A stretch of DNA of 60,593 nucleotides, counting the filler, from Porpidia crustulata (lineage: Eukaryota), in the NCBI GenBank assembly GCA_964255105.1. It is 13 parts of 13 records of this genome, joined end to end, with 100 filler letters (N's around TTAATTAATTAA, not from the genome) between each part and the next. Parts side by side here need not be neighbours in the genome. Positions count along the whole stretch, not along the records: positions 37,478 to 42,029 come from CAXUWE010002052.1; positions 42,130 to 46,678 come from CAXUWE010002053.1; positions 46,779 to 51,317 come from CAXUWE010002054.1; positions 51,418 to 55,955 come from CAXUWE010002055.1; 9 more parts are not named here. One strand, 5' to 3'. Within the stretch, counting starts at the first letter, position 1, and each line of letters starts with the position of its first letter. The notes beneath the pieces were generated by a model. The model was not told the DNA's origin. It did not search any database and worked only from the letters and a program-made list of their open reading frames with translations. This document shows, piece by piece, positions 37,979 to 51,504 of this stretch. A program made the translations under genes and the position numbers.

Positions 37979-39927
37979 TCAAAGCCTACTCTTGCTCACC
38001 TTTCCCGACCCTCTGTTTTGAATATCGGCGGCAATCTTCTCAGCCAACATGTACACCGTCGCCTGCGGATGTCCAGGCGGCGTGAACGGTGCCGCGCTCA
38101 TGTCGACGACCCGTAACCCTTGCACTCCAAACACCCGCGCCTGGCTGTCCACCACGGCATTAGCATCACTCCGCTTGCCCATCGCGCAGGTGGCTCCCGC
38201 GTGGTAGAGTGGAATGCTGACGTTGCGGATATAGGTAAGGATGTCGGCGTCGCTCCGGACGGTCGGGCCGGGTATGAGTTCAGGCCCGAGGGTGAGGTTG
38301 GCGATGCTGGCCCAGGCCTGGCGCATACGTTTGAAGGCTGCAACTGCGACTTGGACGTCGACGTTGGCAGGATCGCTCAGCCAGGCCATGTTGAAGACTG
38401 GGGGGGTGGAGATATGCGGACCGGCGATGGTAACGTTGCCTCTGGATACAGGGGCCGAGAGGGCGGTTTCGATGAGCCCTAAGGCGCCGCCTGTGGGGGA
38501 AAGAATGGTTGCTGCGGCGTACTCGACCTCTGGCCAGTCGCTGGGAAACTGGGCCAAGGCGGTGATGGCGGCATTAGTGAAATTGGCACGGAGGGATTGT
38601 GGGATTTTCTCAAAAGCGATCATGCCATTGAGGGAGCCAAAAGGCCCAGAGGCGGAGGAGAGGAATTCCGTGAGGGCGGCGGGTTGGGAGATTAGCTGGG
38701 CTTGGATGGGAACGTTAACTTCGCTGCCGATACTGAAGATGAGCTGATCCCAGAGGTTTTGACCAACACCGGGAAGGTCAGAGAGGATAGGGATATCGTA
38801 TTTTTCAAGCGTGGTACGAGGCCCGATACCTGGAGACGGATATTTAGCTCTCTAATTTCATCACGTGTCTTGGGGACAAGCCTACCGGATATCATAAGCA
38901 GCTGTGGTGAGTGGTATACACCAGCGGAGAGGATAATCTCCTTATTAGCCAGAATCGTGTAATCAACTCCTTGTGTCGTGACCGAGGCTCCGCTCGCTGT
39001 TGTTCCTTTGAACAAGATTTTGCTCGCTTGAGCTTGGGTATAGACTACGATGCTCGTATCTTGAATCGCCTGTTCCAGGAAAGAGGTTTGAGAAGTCGAG
39101 CGTTCGCCGAGATTGGGATCGATCGTGGACGTCACCCAGGCTACGTTACCTGCAAGTGAGCCGCTGTTGAATCCAACATCGCTAACAGGGAGACCAATGC
39201 TGGTAAACGCTCGTTGAAACCAGGTCAGTGCCACATCAACCCAATTACTGTACGACACCTGCAGCGGTCCGCCCATCGAACTGAAGACATTCGTATCATA
39301 CTTGACTGTAGCATTAGGGGTCTGGCGCTTCGCATTGTTGGGTGGACTAAAGCTGCATGATTTTTCAAAATATGGGAGCAGGTTTTTGAAGGTGTAGGAT
39401 TCATCGCCCACCACATTTGCCCAGCGGTCGTAACTGCCGATGGTTCCTCTATGATAGGCCATTGCATTTAATGCCGAAGAGCCTGACAGAGTCTTCCCCT
39501 GGGCATAGTGTATCCTTCTGTTCAGAGCACCTGTCTGGGGAACGGAGACTAAGCCCCAGTCCATGAGCGGGTTCTGAGGGAACACTTCCGTTGCAGCAAG
39601 AAAGGGCGAGGAGAGCGATAGCCCCGGCAGCACGCTGTAGTTGCCATTGTCTTGTTCATAGAAGCCGCCGGCTTCGATGACCGCTACCGATATTGATGGA
39701 TCTTCGGCGAGTCTCGCGGCAATGGTGAGGCCAGCAGTGCCTCCCCCAATAACTGTTGATCCACAATATTAGCGTACGATTGGAGCAGAGGAGAAGGGGA
39801 GGGACGGACCAACATAGTCGAAGGAAGCATCTTGACCAGGAATACCGAAATGACTGGACCTTAATGACTTAGACGCGTGAGTGTTCGCTGTGAGCAGAGC
39901 AAGGACGGAAAGAAGCACGAGGAACAT
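37979..39927 (-). CDS. Secreted GMC oxidoreductase (CAZy AA3-like), 3 exons
   Basis: Signal peptide, FDYV|VIGGGTAGL (FAD-binding), GKTLSGSSALN, EIILSAG...SPQLLMISG|IG, and the catalytic His pair in YHAGATCAMG and PPGHPQATVYMLAEK. Confidence 0.95.
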
Positions 39928-41292
39928 GGTCTTGTGGCTCGAAAGCAGGGAGAACAACTGAGGCCGGGCTTTTAGATGAAGGTTGGGACGATACGGCTTG
40001 GCGACAACAATTTGGTATTCCGCGAGATGCTTCACATGCCATCGCGCGAGGCGCAAGAGTAGACGCCAGAGCTGGATGGCGCTCGACAGATCAGTGGTGA
40101 GGTAGACGGGTCACCGAGTCGCTGGGTCGCTATGACTTCTATACGCTTGGCCCGCACGAAGAGGAGAGGTCAGGATGGCACAACGCCACAAACAAGGGAG
40201 AGCATTGACTCTGGCAAGACGACAGGACGTGCAGACGAGATGCGTGAATAGTGGGAAGGTGCACCTTCCATATGCGAAGATGTAACATTTGTAAGGCCCA
40301 GGCACGTGCCAGGTGACATTCGCTTACGGCTTACGCCAATATCACGTGATTCTATACCGCGCCGACACCAAGGCGCCTCTAGTGCCTCCGATCCAACGAT
40401 GATCCGGCTCGAACTTCCCTTTTGACGGTGCACTGCCACGACTGCCCACCATTGAGGAGAGGGATCTTCAGAAACCGAGATCTCAGGATGATCTAAGTCG
40501 CACATCCGCAAGGGACCTGAAAGAAAAGATGACGCAAGAAAATCGTTTCAGGGAGAGAGAAAGATCGAAAACGTGAAAATAATCATAGTAACTTGTTGTT
40601 GTAAGTGACGGAATTGATTTAGAACATCTTCGATGTCTCATGTGGTGTGGTAGCGATTTATATGATGATGCAGCAGCGAGATCTGTATATGTATATAACA
40701 ATCCCATCCCATCCATCTCCTCAGCATCCTCCACAATTTCTCATATCTCTCACACCCATCCGCCTCCGTGCATCATCATCGAATCTAGCCATCCGCTTGT
40801 TCCTCGTCGTAGTCGATGGTAGTAGGCAAGATATGGATTGGGTGAAAAGAATCTTAACAATTATCAAAGCCTCACCAATCATTCGTTCTTCTATGCCGTA
40901 AGATATCGAAGGCTTTCTTACGTCGTTGTCGTTGTCTGTGTGTCTCAAACTTCCCATCTCATTCTCTTTATCTTCTCATATCTTTTATATTTATCTTCGT
41001 GCACGGTCATCGAAGCCAGCTGTTCCGCTTGTCACTCGTTTTCATCGTCGATGGTGGTAGATAGGTAGAATATGAACGGAGTGAAGCGGAAAGAGACTTA
41101 AGTTATGGGCCGAGAGGAATGTGGACTGTGGACTGTGAGTTGGATGTGAGTTAGGCGGTCGTAGTTTGAATTAGGTAGTGCAATGTAGCGGTGAGGTATA
41201 TACAACTCGCAAGAACAGCAAATACAATAAATCTTTCATGTGAGGTCGGAGAATCTCCTCCGAAACCCCTTCTTACCGTATCGAACAACCAA

Positions 41293-42029
41293 TCACCACA
41301 TAGTGGCCGATATTGAAACAGTGCCGAGTAGACCGAAGAGGTAAGCCGATACCTCCACTCCCCGACCTCGTGCTCCTCCTCCTAAAGCCATCATTCCATT
41401 ACCCTTACTAGTCGGGAGCGTAGCCTGGCTCGTACCAACGCGTGGCGAATCAGCAGTCTCAAGACCATGAGTAGTCCCGGAAACAGTTATATCAGACCCA
41501 CCGGCTGTGATGGTGGGGTTATTGATTGCAGCGGCCGATGGATCGGGGGCGATAGCCTCTCCGTTGATTGCGTAGATAGAGGATATAGAGTTTAAGGGAC
41601 GGATGGATGGGAGGAGTGTTGCGCTGCTGCCACCAACGAGATGGTCGGAGAAGCCGGGAGTGATAGGGATTGAGGAGACTGTTATGCCTGCACCACCGGC
41701 TGTAAGAGTGGTGTTGTCGATAGCGAGGCCTGACGGGTCTGCGGTGAAGGTTACGCCGTTGACAGTGAAAGTGGAAGATGGATCAATGGTTGGCTGAATT
41801 GGGGGAAGGAGAGTAGTGCTGCTACCGACGACGAGTTTGCTTAACGGAGCCAGGGCGATTGGAGTTCCGGAGACCTTGATCGCAGAGCCATCAGCTATGA
41901 GAAAGGTGTCGTTGATTGCAAGACCTGACTGGCTGGGGGTCATAGTTGCATCGTTGAATGTGGAAGTAGCCGATGCTGTTGGCATACCAGCACCCCATGG
42001 TGCTGATTTCCTTGGGTTGGTAATTTCCG
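41293..42029 (-). CDS. 3' end of a GPI-anchored S/T/G-rich cell-surface protein with 65-aa tandem repeats
   Basis: The frame is open up to the contig end. Three repeats are spaced exactly 65 aa apart (GLAIND / GLAIDN / AAAINN). The hydrophobic C-terminus follows GGARGRG. Confidence 0.7.
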
Positions 42030-42129
42030 NNNNNNNNNNNNNNNNNNNNNNNNNNNNNNNNNNNNNNNNNNNNTTAATTAATTAANNNNNNNNNNNNNNN
42101 NNNNNNNNNNNNNNNNNNNNNNNNNNNNN

Positions 42130-42971
42130 CACTAACGCCTCCCTATCAAAAGAGCCAGGCGCGTATTCGTCGTCCTTGCCGTACAAAATACACAGCGGGA
42201 CTTCCGACGCACCGATTCGGCCAAAGGTCTGAGCCAAGCGGTCGTCCAGGAGGTCGGAACTGAACATGTCATCGTCGCCGGCGTGGTCCGGTCCGGGCGA
42301 TGCGAGCGATAGCCAGCGGTGTGCCGTGATGGGTGTGTCGGAGAAGACGTCGAGATTTATCAGTCCCGTCGGCAACACGCTGTTGGCGTGGCCATCTGAC
42401 ACGTAGCTCCGCGCGACGACATTGATATGGTCGTATTCGTCTTCCGGCTGCATCATCAGGATCGCTTCCCTGTCGCTCACGCATCCCTGCAGTATCGCGC
42501 CGTGGACCCGCGGCCTCGTGCCTCCGTATCCTGGAGATGTGAGGTAGTGCATCACGTTCTGCGATCCTGTCGAGTGACCCATTATCACCAATTTCCCGTT
42601 CGGCTTCAATTTCTGAAAGTAGGAGACGCAGGCGGTTAGCTCGTCGGTGTCTTTGGCTATGGTACTGGTGCCCCATCCTTGACCGGAAGAGGAAAGGAGC
42701 GGAGACACGAGGGTCCAGGAGGAGGGAAGGGAGACGTGGAGTGCATTTGTATAAGCGACGGATGTGAGGGTGTCGCCGAGGCCACCGATGAAGATGAGGG
42801 TGTGCGAGGGTTCTATGGGAGGATCTTGAGGCACGATGGGGGAGAAGGCGAAGGCAACGAGTCGGTCGGAAGTCTACGGTTAGTATCTTAGATGGATTCA
42901 GTTTGAAGGAGATTCTGGAGGAGACGAACGTAGCGGTGGAGTATGCCAGGATAGGACGTGGACTCTGTCAT
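42130..42971 (-). CDS. DUF1749 (UPF0613 / SidJ-like) alpha/beta hydrolase; 3'-truncated
   Basis: MTESTSYPGILHRY|TSDRLVAF..LIFIGGLGD, GWGTSTI..D..EL, nucleophile GHSTGSQ, ILQGCVSDRE, DDMFSSDL. Confidence 0.9.
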
Positions 42972-43396
42972 AGTGGGAATATGTGATGTATCCCGCTATG
43001 CCAACGAGTCTGATAGAGTTGATAAGATAAGAATTTTGAGTTAGTGGTTGATCAGCCGTCAAGATAAAGTGGATCTCACGTGGCATGCACGAGGATCTGA
43101 TATGATTAGGGTTTGACTGATGAAAGAGGCATATTGGTTGGTGGATTGTAGAATATCCATGTTTTCAAGGGAAAGGTCAGAGAACTCTTCCATATAAAGC
43201 TACATTGCTCGGAGCTGCAACGACTGAATCGTAGCAGCTAATACAAAGCCAAATTTCCGTCCTTGGCTAGACCAGCAAATACTCCCTCTTGAAGATGCAT
43301 CCTTCATTGAATCGGGCAAAAAAGCTTACAGTCTCACCAGCCAGTCTGGCAAGAAAGCAAATACAAAACATAAAAAGGTAACTCAAAGTCAAAGGC

Positions 43397-46300
43397 TCAG
43401 AAATTCGATGGCGACATGATGCTGCCTGGAGGCTGAAAGGGCTGCCTCGCTCCACCAAACACAGGCATAGCTCCTCCTGGAATAGGGCTGCCTATATCCC
43501 CGGGCACTCCGCTTCGCGTGCTGACCGAAGTATTTCGTCCGGCTTCGAAGCGAATGAATTCGCCCGTCTGTTCGTGGGCGACGGTAAAGGAACCACCGCC
43601 GTTTTGGGAATTCCCTTCGGTATCGCAAATATCCAACATCTCCCTGAGAGATATCTGACCTTCATTGGCTGGCTTCATCATCATGATCTGACGTAGTAAA
43701 TCCTCTGCGCCATGAAATCCATTCTTGCTAGCTGCTGGAGGGTTGGCACTGAGTTTGTTGCACGCTTGACATATAAGATGTCGGATCGTGACAGCTCGGG
43801 AGGCGTTCTGACGGTTATGATTCAAGCTACCAAAAGCACTGGGAGGCCATTGATGGCCTTGACCATTTGACCGAGACGGAGGACCTGACATGGGTGGGGC
43901 ACCAAAAGGCATGGGAGGCGCTCCCCAGCCGTTTCCATTTCCGCCTTGAATACCACGAAAATTGTCATTCTTCGAAGCTAAAACCAGCGTCAGTAATGCC
44001 TCAATCATGAGTCGGTGAATGACCTACTTCCAATAGGATCTGGAAACATTGGCGATGTGCCAAATCCATGTCGAGGTCCACCAGGTGCCATACTCCCGCG
44101 CCTATTACCAGCAACATTGTTCAAAGGAATGTCTGTGTCATCAAGTAAGGCGCTACTACCAAGATGATTACTTAGATCATCGATGTCTGCGTTTATGGAT
44201 TGGTTATTGCCGCCTTGTTGGTGAGGAGTGACGCTAGAAGGGCGTTGTATCGGAGCCGGACGAGCTATCGGTTGCGTCTGTGCAGGAATAGCAGAATGTT
44301 CAAAAGCTGCTCTGTCAAACGAAGCCGAAGATTGTCTTGAATGCGAGTGTGAATGAGTAGGCATGGTATCACGAGGCATACTGTGATTTGTACTGGGAGC
44401 GCTGCCAATGAGGACAGGTCCACTAGGTGCTTGCGTCGGAGGATTCATTCCTTGCATAGGCGGCAGTGGTCTTGTTCCATGCATTCCTGGAGGGAATGGT
44501 AATCCATTCGGAGGTATGAAACCTCGGTACGGAGCACCATGAGGCGGCTGATGTGGGAACATGTTAGCTTCGTGGACCGGCGCTCGTTGTGTTATGGGCG
44601 GTGGCATGGGACCATAGCTTCCAGAGAACCCAGCCCCAGCCATAGTTGGTATGTTTTGAAAACCAGGTGGCTGACTGATCATACCCGGTGGAGCACCGAT
44701 GGGAGCAAGAGTTGTATGTGGCTGCGGATGTTGTAATGGTGGTTGGCTTGTCACTTTTCCGGGTACAGACATGATGCCATTCTGTGGCTGAGACGATTGA
44801 CTAGGTGAAGTGGTGGAGCTAGTCGATAAAGGTTGCGAGGTCTTGGGCGAGGAATTGTGCGAGTCTTGAAATGAGCCTTGTACGGAACCTTGAACGGAAC
44901 CTTGAACAGACGCTTGACGTGGTCGCACAGGCGTAGGTGCTTTTGGTATGACAGGCGTTGCTATCTGCAGGTGAGGAGAAGGGTGGCTGCTCGAGGTTGG
45001 GAGGTGGAGATTCGAAGTCATAGGCAAGGTGGACAATCCAATCAGTGGCTTTGGCGATGCAGTCTTGGGTATAGCTGGGGCCGACGGTCTAACAAGATGT
45101 TCGTCCTTCTTGCCTCTATCTTTGGTCTCTTTCTCTGATTTGCCCTTGGATTCTCGCCCCTTCTTCTCCATCGCCTCCCACTCTTTTTTGTCTCGAGCCT
45201 CCCTCTCCTTTGCTTCTCGGTCTTCCCGTTCCTGTTTCTTTTGCTCTTCCTTCTTTTTCTTTTCTCGCTCCTTTTGCTCCCGTTGCTTACGCTCCAATTC
45301 CATCTGCTGTTCCTTAGCTTCCTGCAAGCGTTTCTGTTTCTCGGCTTCCTTCCGCTGCTTCTCCTCCTCTTGAGCTTTCTTCTCAGCATCTTTCTTCTTC
45401 CGCTGCTCCTCTTTTTTCAATCGTTGCTCTTCCAACTTCTTCTCCTCAATGGCTCGAGCTATAGCTTCCTCAGCAGCCTTCTCCGCATCTCGTTTGGCCT
45501 TTTCTTCGTCCTTGACTTGTTTCTGCTGGCGTTTCTTATCTTTTTTCTTTTGAGCTTCCTTGGCTTTTTTGGCTTCCCGCTGGGTATCACGGAGATTTTC
45601 CTCTTCCAATTCTTCGATCAACTTTTGTTGACGTTCAGCCGCCACTTTTTCACGATATGCCGTGAGAACTCTCTGCTCAAACATTCGCGCAGCAAATATC
45701 TGAAACATCCTCCGTCCCTCTTCCATACGTTGTTCCTCCGTCATGGTTTCCTAAGAAACATCAGCACAGTGCTGATATACGTACTGGGCAAAGTCTTACC
45801 ATCTCGTCTTCTTCATAATCCTCCTCCTCGTCTTGACTATCATACTCCTCGTCATCTTCGTCGTCATACCCATCGTCGTCTACAGGCGGACCATGATTGT
45901 GACCTTGCATTGACGGGTGCCCTAACCCAGCGGCAGCGTACTGGGCTTCTTCTTCTCGTTGCATTCGACGCTCGGCAAGCTGTTCCATCATTTCAATAAA
46001 TTTCTTACCATCATTTTTCAGTAAGTCATCTGCAACGGTCAGAATCCCCCCTACAAATGATCAGCACCCTGGCAATAACAGATAAGGGGATGTATTTGGC
46101 GCACCTTGAACGGTAAGACTGTTCCCGAAGTTGAAGAAGTCGGCTGCTGGCCCAACTGGCTCTTCTGGTTCGTCTTCACTAAGCTCATCGTCTTCATCCT
46201 CGTCGCTATAATCCTCGTCATCTCCTTCGTCCTCATCCTCACCTAGTTCCTGTATTCTACCTCTTGACGAACGATTGAGCAGTGGAGGATTTCCTCTAGA

Positions 46301-46678
46301 TGGTAGACGAGCCATTGGGTGGGGATACATTCTTGGTGGAGGTATAATAGGATTTCCGTCCTCCAGACTAATCTGCTGGTGATTCGCATACTGTTCTAAT
46401 TCCTCATAATATGCATCGTAAAGCACTTCTAGCTCTTCTTCAATAGCTGTACGCTTACGCCCACAAACGGTACAACTACAAGAATGCTTTTGCTGCTCCT
46501 TCATCTTTTTCAAGACTGCTTCTTTCTCCACCTTAACCAAAGACCGTCTATCTTCTTCTCCCAGCGATAACCAAAACTCTTTGATCCTCTCACGTTCCTC
46601 CGCGGTCGAAGTGTTCCAGATACGGTCTTTTGAGATATGATGCGCAGATCGGAGGGCGACAGTCGATAGTGGTGGGGG
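43397..46678 (-). CDS. NST1: Stress response protein Nst1; 5'-truncated, multi-exon
   Basis: [20 protein letters not shown]...[73 protein letters not shown], a long coiled coil, and [10 protein letters not shown]. Confidence 0.93.
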
Positions 46679-47803
46679 NNNNNNNNNNNNNNNNNNNNNN
46701 NNNNNNNNNNNNNNNNNNNNNNTTAATTAATTAANNNNNNNNNNNNNNNNNNNNNNNNNNNNNNNNNNNNNNNNNNNNAAAGTGGGGTGTGCACGGGACC
46801 GGAACGTGCACGGGCCCGGGAATACTCCTAAGACTACAAGCAGCACGATTTGTATCAAGTGTACCTAGTGATTAACGGCCCGTGGGCCCAGACCGTTTCA
46901 CCAGCCATTCCTGGGGGAGAGGCGTGGCCGGACTCTAAAACTTTTCATTAGCCAGAGGCAGCATCCTATCAGAGTTGCATGGACAGGGTACTAGAGCTAC
47001 TTGTTGGCGGGGACTTTTGATAATGGAAATACCGCCCGACAGCGAAACGAGATGGGAGTGGCTGGCTGGGCGATGCTTGATTCTACCGTAAATCACCTCA
47101 TGAAAAGCTTGGCCTTCGCGTGCTTCGAAGTTCGGACCTCACATGGCACGCGGCTACGATGGTATCAGATCATCATCTTGGCCTATGGGAAATGCTTCTC
47201 GAATTTGCATCCATTCAACATTCTCCCACCAACACACCTTTGTGCATGACGAGATCAGGCTAAAATCTCCTTGGGTCTAGTGCAGATGCTGTGCTCAGTG
47301 CCGGGGGAGTTTATAGGCAAGAAGTGGGCTGATGCTTCTGGAAGAGGCCAAGTTAGAAACTAGCCCAAGCAACCAACATGCAGCATCGAATCAGATGCAA
47401 CTGTTGGTCGCAGGGCGGACAGGGCGGAAAGCGTCATGGCTTACCCATGGAACCATCACTCTACTGTCACTGGGCGAGCCAAACTTGACGGTCAAGCACA
47501 AACGCTAAGGCTTTCGCCTGGGCAGATAGCAAAAGATCGGAAAGTCTCAGTCCCCTCCAACCTCTCCCCAGTTACCTTTACGTTGAAGGATCACTACTAC
47601 TTGAATTGCTCTACAAATTCTTCTTCCAACTCACCACTACTCTTCATTTCATAACATCAGCCCTCGTTCGAGCGATCAATCCTCGGACCTGTGCTTCGGA
47701 CTTGTCCAATACCTAAATATTTCTAGTGGTTAATGCTGAACGTCGACGACGGTCGCCAACCTTTCTTTTATACTCCGTTCACACAGAGTATCCGCAGCAT
47801 CAA

Positions 47804-49632
47804 ATGGCGATAGGCAGGAAAACCGAGGTCGCCGAACATATTAATACTCATGACGTTGGTGTCAAGACCCCTCGAGACCCTGGACTTCAGACAGGCGTTT
47901 ATGGCTACGATGTTGAGAAAACAGAAGCCAAGGGGCGCAAGATGAACCGCGTTGCCGGCGCACCAGTGGCCGACTCCGACGAAGACTCGGTGGTGAGCGT
48001 GGGAAAGCAATTAGAATTGGAGTCGACCAATTCTATCAAGTACAGGACTTGCACATGGCAAAAGGTAAGTGCCTGATTCTTAAGATTCTGAAAAATACGG
48101 AAGGGATAGTACGATAATCCACCCATCAAATTCGTTGGTAGAGTGTTCTCTGACTAGAAATTATGTTAGACCGCCGCACTTTTGTTCGCTGAGTATATAT
48201 GCTTGGCGATCATGTCCTTCCCATATTCTTACTCGGTACTAGGCTTAGTACCGGGTTTGATTGTCACAATCGTGGTTGCTGCGTCTGTATTATACACTTC
48301 CTTGATCGTCTGGTAAGTACAACGACGGGATTGGTACATCTTGAGGACGCCCCGCTAAAATTCGCAGGGAATTTTGTGTGCGCCACCCTGAGGTTCGAGA
48401 TGTATGCGATCTGGGTCAAATGCTCTTTTACGGCTGGAGATGGGTGTGGTACGCAACAGCGGTCATGTTCTTGCTCAACAATACGATGATACAAGTAAAC
48501 ATAGATATCCCCTTTCTAATCGAATGATCTGACATTATTTAGGGCCTCCACGTTCTGACGGGCGCCAAGTATCTGAACACCATGACTAACGGGAGCATTT
48601 GTACCGTAGGCTTTTCCGCGATCATGGCTGTCATCTGTTTTGTCTGCTCTTTGCCAAGAACCTTTGACACTCTTTCCAAATTGGCCACGCTTTCCGCCTT
48701 CTTCACATTCATCTCCGTCCTTTTGGCCGCCGTTTTTGCCGGGGTTGAGGACCATCCTTACCACTACAACGCTGGCATAGGCGCAAAAAAAGGGGACAAA
48801 CTATTCGGTCTTGTGGGCGAGCCGACTGTCCTTGTTGTTGCTGCTTCAGGCACCACCTTCGTCAGTGGTATGAGCGCCTTTCTGAACATCAGCTACACCT
48901 TCATTGGCCAGATTACCATTCCCAGCTTTATTGCTGAGATGAAGAATCCCAATGACTTTCCCAAGGCTCTCTGGGCTGTGACTATCGCGGAAATCATCCT
49001 GTTCAGTTTGGTCGGTTCGGTCGTTTACGCTTACACTGGCACTCAATACAATACGGCTCCTGCCTTTGGATCATTGGGCAATGAAGCGTTCAAAAAGGTT
49101 TCCTTTTCTTTCATGATCCCAACTCTGATCTTCTTGGGCGTACTCTACGCATCCGTTTCGGCCCGTTTCATCTTTTTCCGCATGTTCGAGGGAACACGCC
49201 ATAAGGGAAATCATACTCTCGTCGGTTGGGCTTCCTGGGCTGGAATTCTTGCTGTGACCTGGGTTGCGGCTTTCATCATTGCCGAAGTGATTCCGTTCTT
49301 CTCGGATCTACTATCATTGATGAGTTCGCTTTTCGACTCCTTTTTCGGATTCATCTTCTGGGGTGTGGCCTATATGCGGATGCGGAAAGCCGACTTTGGG
49401 GAAGGATGGATATCGCGAAGAGGTATTCGTGGCATCGCAGGTTTCGCGCTGAACGTGGCCATTATCTTGATAGGGGTTTTCATGTTGACTGCTGGAACAT
49501 ACGTAAGGCATCTTATTCTGAGAGAATCTCACCCGACTAATTCTCTTCTAGGCTTCTGTTCAGAGTATTATTGACGATTATGCTGCCGGGGCTGTCCGTA
49601 AGGTATTTGATTGCGCAAGCAATGGGTTGTGA
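47804..49632 (+). CDS. Mtr-like neutral amino-acid transporter (AAAP / Aa_trans family)
   Basis: IKYRTCTWQK|TAALLFAEYICLAIMSFP, RHPEVRDVCDLG, SLPRT, IAEMKNPNDFPKAL, IAEVIPFFSDLLSL; ends CASNGL*. Confidence 0.92.
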
Positions 49633-49930
49633 TATACAAATTGCAGATTTTTGGGTACGACCTTTGGGTACAATATTTGGGAAGACTCCTTGAAGTTTAT
49701 GATGGGTTATACAGTACCAGAAGTGTATACATGAATGTACTAAGTACTTACGACGTTGCTACCGAATGAATTTGCGCAATTTGAAATACATCATTGGTGA
49801 TTTGGACATGACCGTCTCGTTTGCTTCATCGCATGTTAAGAAGGGAAACATGCGTTGAACGGTGGGTCATCCCTGTCAAAATCCCGAACCCCTCAGACCG
49901 CTCGAGTGATCAACTCTCATCTTTGCAAGA

Positions 49931-51317
49931 ATGAAGGGGATGAAAACCCTAGATATCGCCATAAGGCAAGCTCAATGTCTGAGATCTCATAGCAGTCCGG
50001 CTAGAAATTTCTCCAGTAGCTGCATTGCCCGGATTAAAACCCAAGTCAATGCTCCTACCCCCAGATCATACATTATTCAACGCCATAATAGACACTGTGT
50101 TTCTCCTCGCTCCGTACCAGCAGTCCTGTCAACCCAGCGTAGAAGTGCATCCGGTAACACAACAGACCCCGATGCCCTCAGACGGACCGCCCTCTACGGC
50201 CTCCATGTCGCCCACGGCGGAAAAATGGTGCCCTTTGGCGGCTACGATATGCCTGTCCAATACTTAGACTTGAGCGTTGGTGAAAGCCACAAGTGGACGC
50301 GAGAGAAAGCCAGTCTTTTTGATGTGGGACATATGTACTTATTCTACAATCGTCCATAAGCTCAACGGCTAACGTCCGCCCAGGGTCCAGCACGAATTCT
50401 CCGGCCCTGGCGCCTCTGCTTTTCTGGAAAAGGTCACGCCTACATCGACGGCGGCCCTCAAACCCTTCCATTCTACGCTATCTTGCCTCTTGCATCCGGT
50501 AACGGGCGGGATAGTTGATGACACAGTCATTACGCGCATTGGTCCTGAGAAGTTTTACGTCGTCACCAACGCTGCTTGCAGGGAGAAAGATCTTGCGTAT
50601 CTTGAAGAACAAGGGGCTTGGCAGAACAAAGATCTCAAATGGGAGGTCCTCGAAGGCCAAGGCTTGATCGCCCTTCAAGGCCCCCTCAGCGCCAAGATCC
50701 TGCAAAACGCCATCACCGGCCTCACCGACCAAGGTCCAGACCTCGCATCCCTCTACTTCGGCCAATGCATCTCCCTCCCTCTACGCCTACCCTCCTCGGG
50801 CCCCACATTCATCCTCATCAGCCGCGGCGGCTACACAGGCGAAGACGGCTTCGAAATCTCCATCCCCCCCACCTCCACCACCGAATTCACCCATCACCTC
50901 CTGCAGACCGCCGGCCCCGAGAGCCTCCGTCTCGCCGGCCTCGGCGCCAGAGATAGCCTAAGGCTGGAAGCCGGCATGTGCCTCTACGGCCACGACCTCG
51001 ACGACACCACCACGCCCGTCGAAGCCGGCCTCAGCTGGATCGTGCACAAGGACCGGCGCGCCACCGGCGGCTTCCCCGGCGCGGACGTGATCCTGCAGCA
51101 GCTGCGGCCGGCCAAGGAAGGCGGCGGCGTGTCGCGGCGCAGAGTCGGTCTCCTCATTGAGGGCGCACCGGCGCGCGAGGGCGCGGAAATCGTGGATGCG
51201 ACCGAGGGGCAGGGGCAGGTGATTGGCAAGGTGACGAGCGGGTGCCCGAGTCCGACGCTGGGTAGGAACATCGCGATGGGGTATGTGCGCACCGGGCGGC
51301 ATAAGGCGGGCACGGAG
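49931..51317 (+). CDS. GCV1: Glycine cleavage system T protein (aminomethyltransferase), mitochondrial; 3'-truncated
   Basis: Arg/Ser-rich presequence, [68 protein letters not shown]. Confidence 0.97.
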
Positions 51318-51444
51318 NNNNNNNNNNNNNNNNNNNNNNNNNNNNNNNNNNNNNNNNNNNNTTAATTAATTAANNNNNNNNNNNNNNNNNNNNNNNNNNN
51401 NNNNNNNNNNNNNNNNNCTCTTTGGGTAGCACTAAGCCCCATTT

Positions 51445-51504
51445 GGGGGGGTGTACGAGTAGGCGGGGGGGGTGTACGAGTAGGCAAAGAGGGTGTACGG
51501 TTAG
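51445..51504. repeat. Three 21-bp-period G-rich direct repeats at the left end of contig 12
   Basis: GTGTACGAGTAGGC at 51451 and 51472, and a variant GTGTACGGTTAG at 51493. Confidence 0.8.

Noticed and set aside
2606..42971. Tyrosinase, MFS, GMC oxidase and hydrolase as a secondary-metabolite cluster
   Set aside because: Each lies on a different, unlinked contig and no backbone synthase is present.
45029..45999. Hydrophobic F/L/S-rich plus-strand ORFs (252 aa and 114 aa)
   Set aside because: They are antisense shadows of the K/E-rich Nst1 coiled coil.
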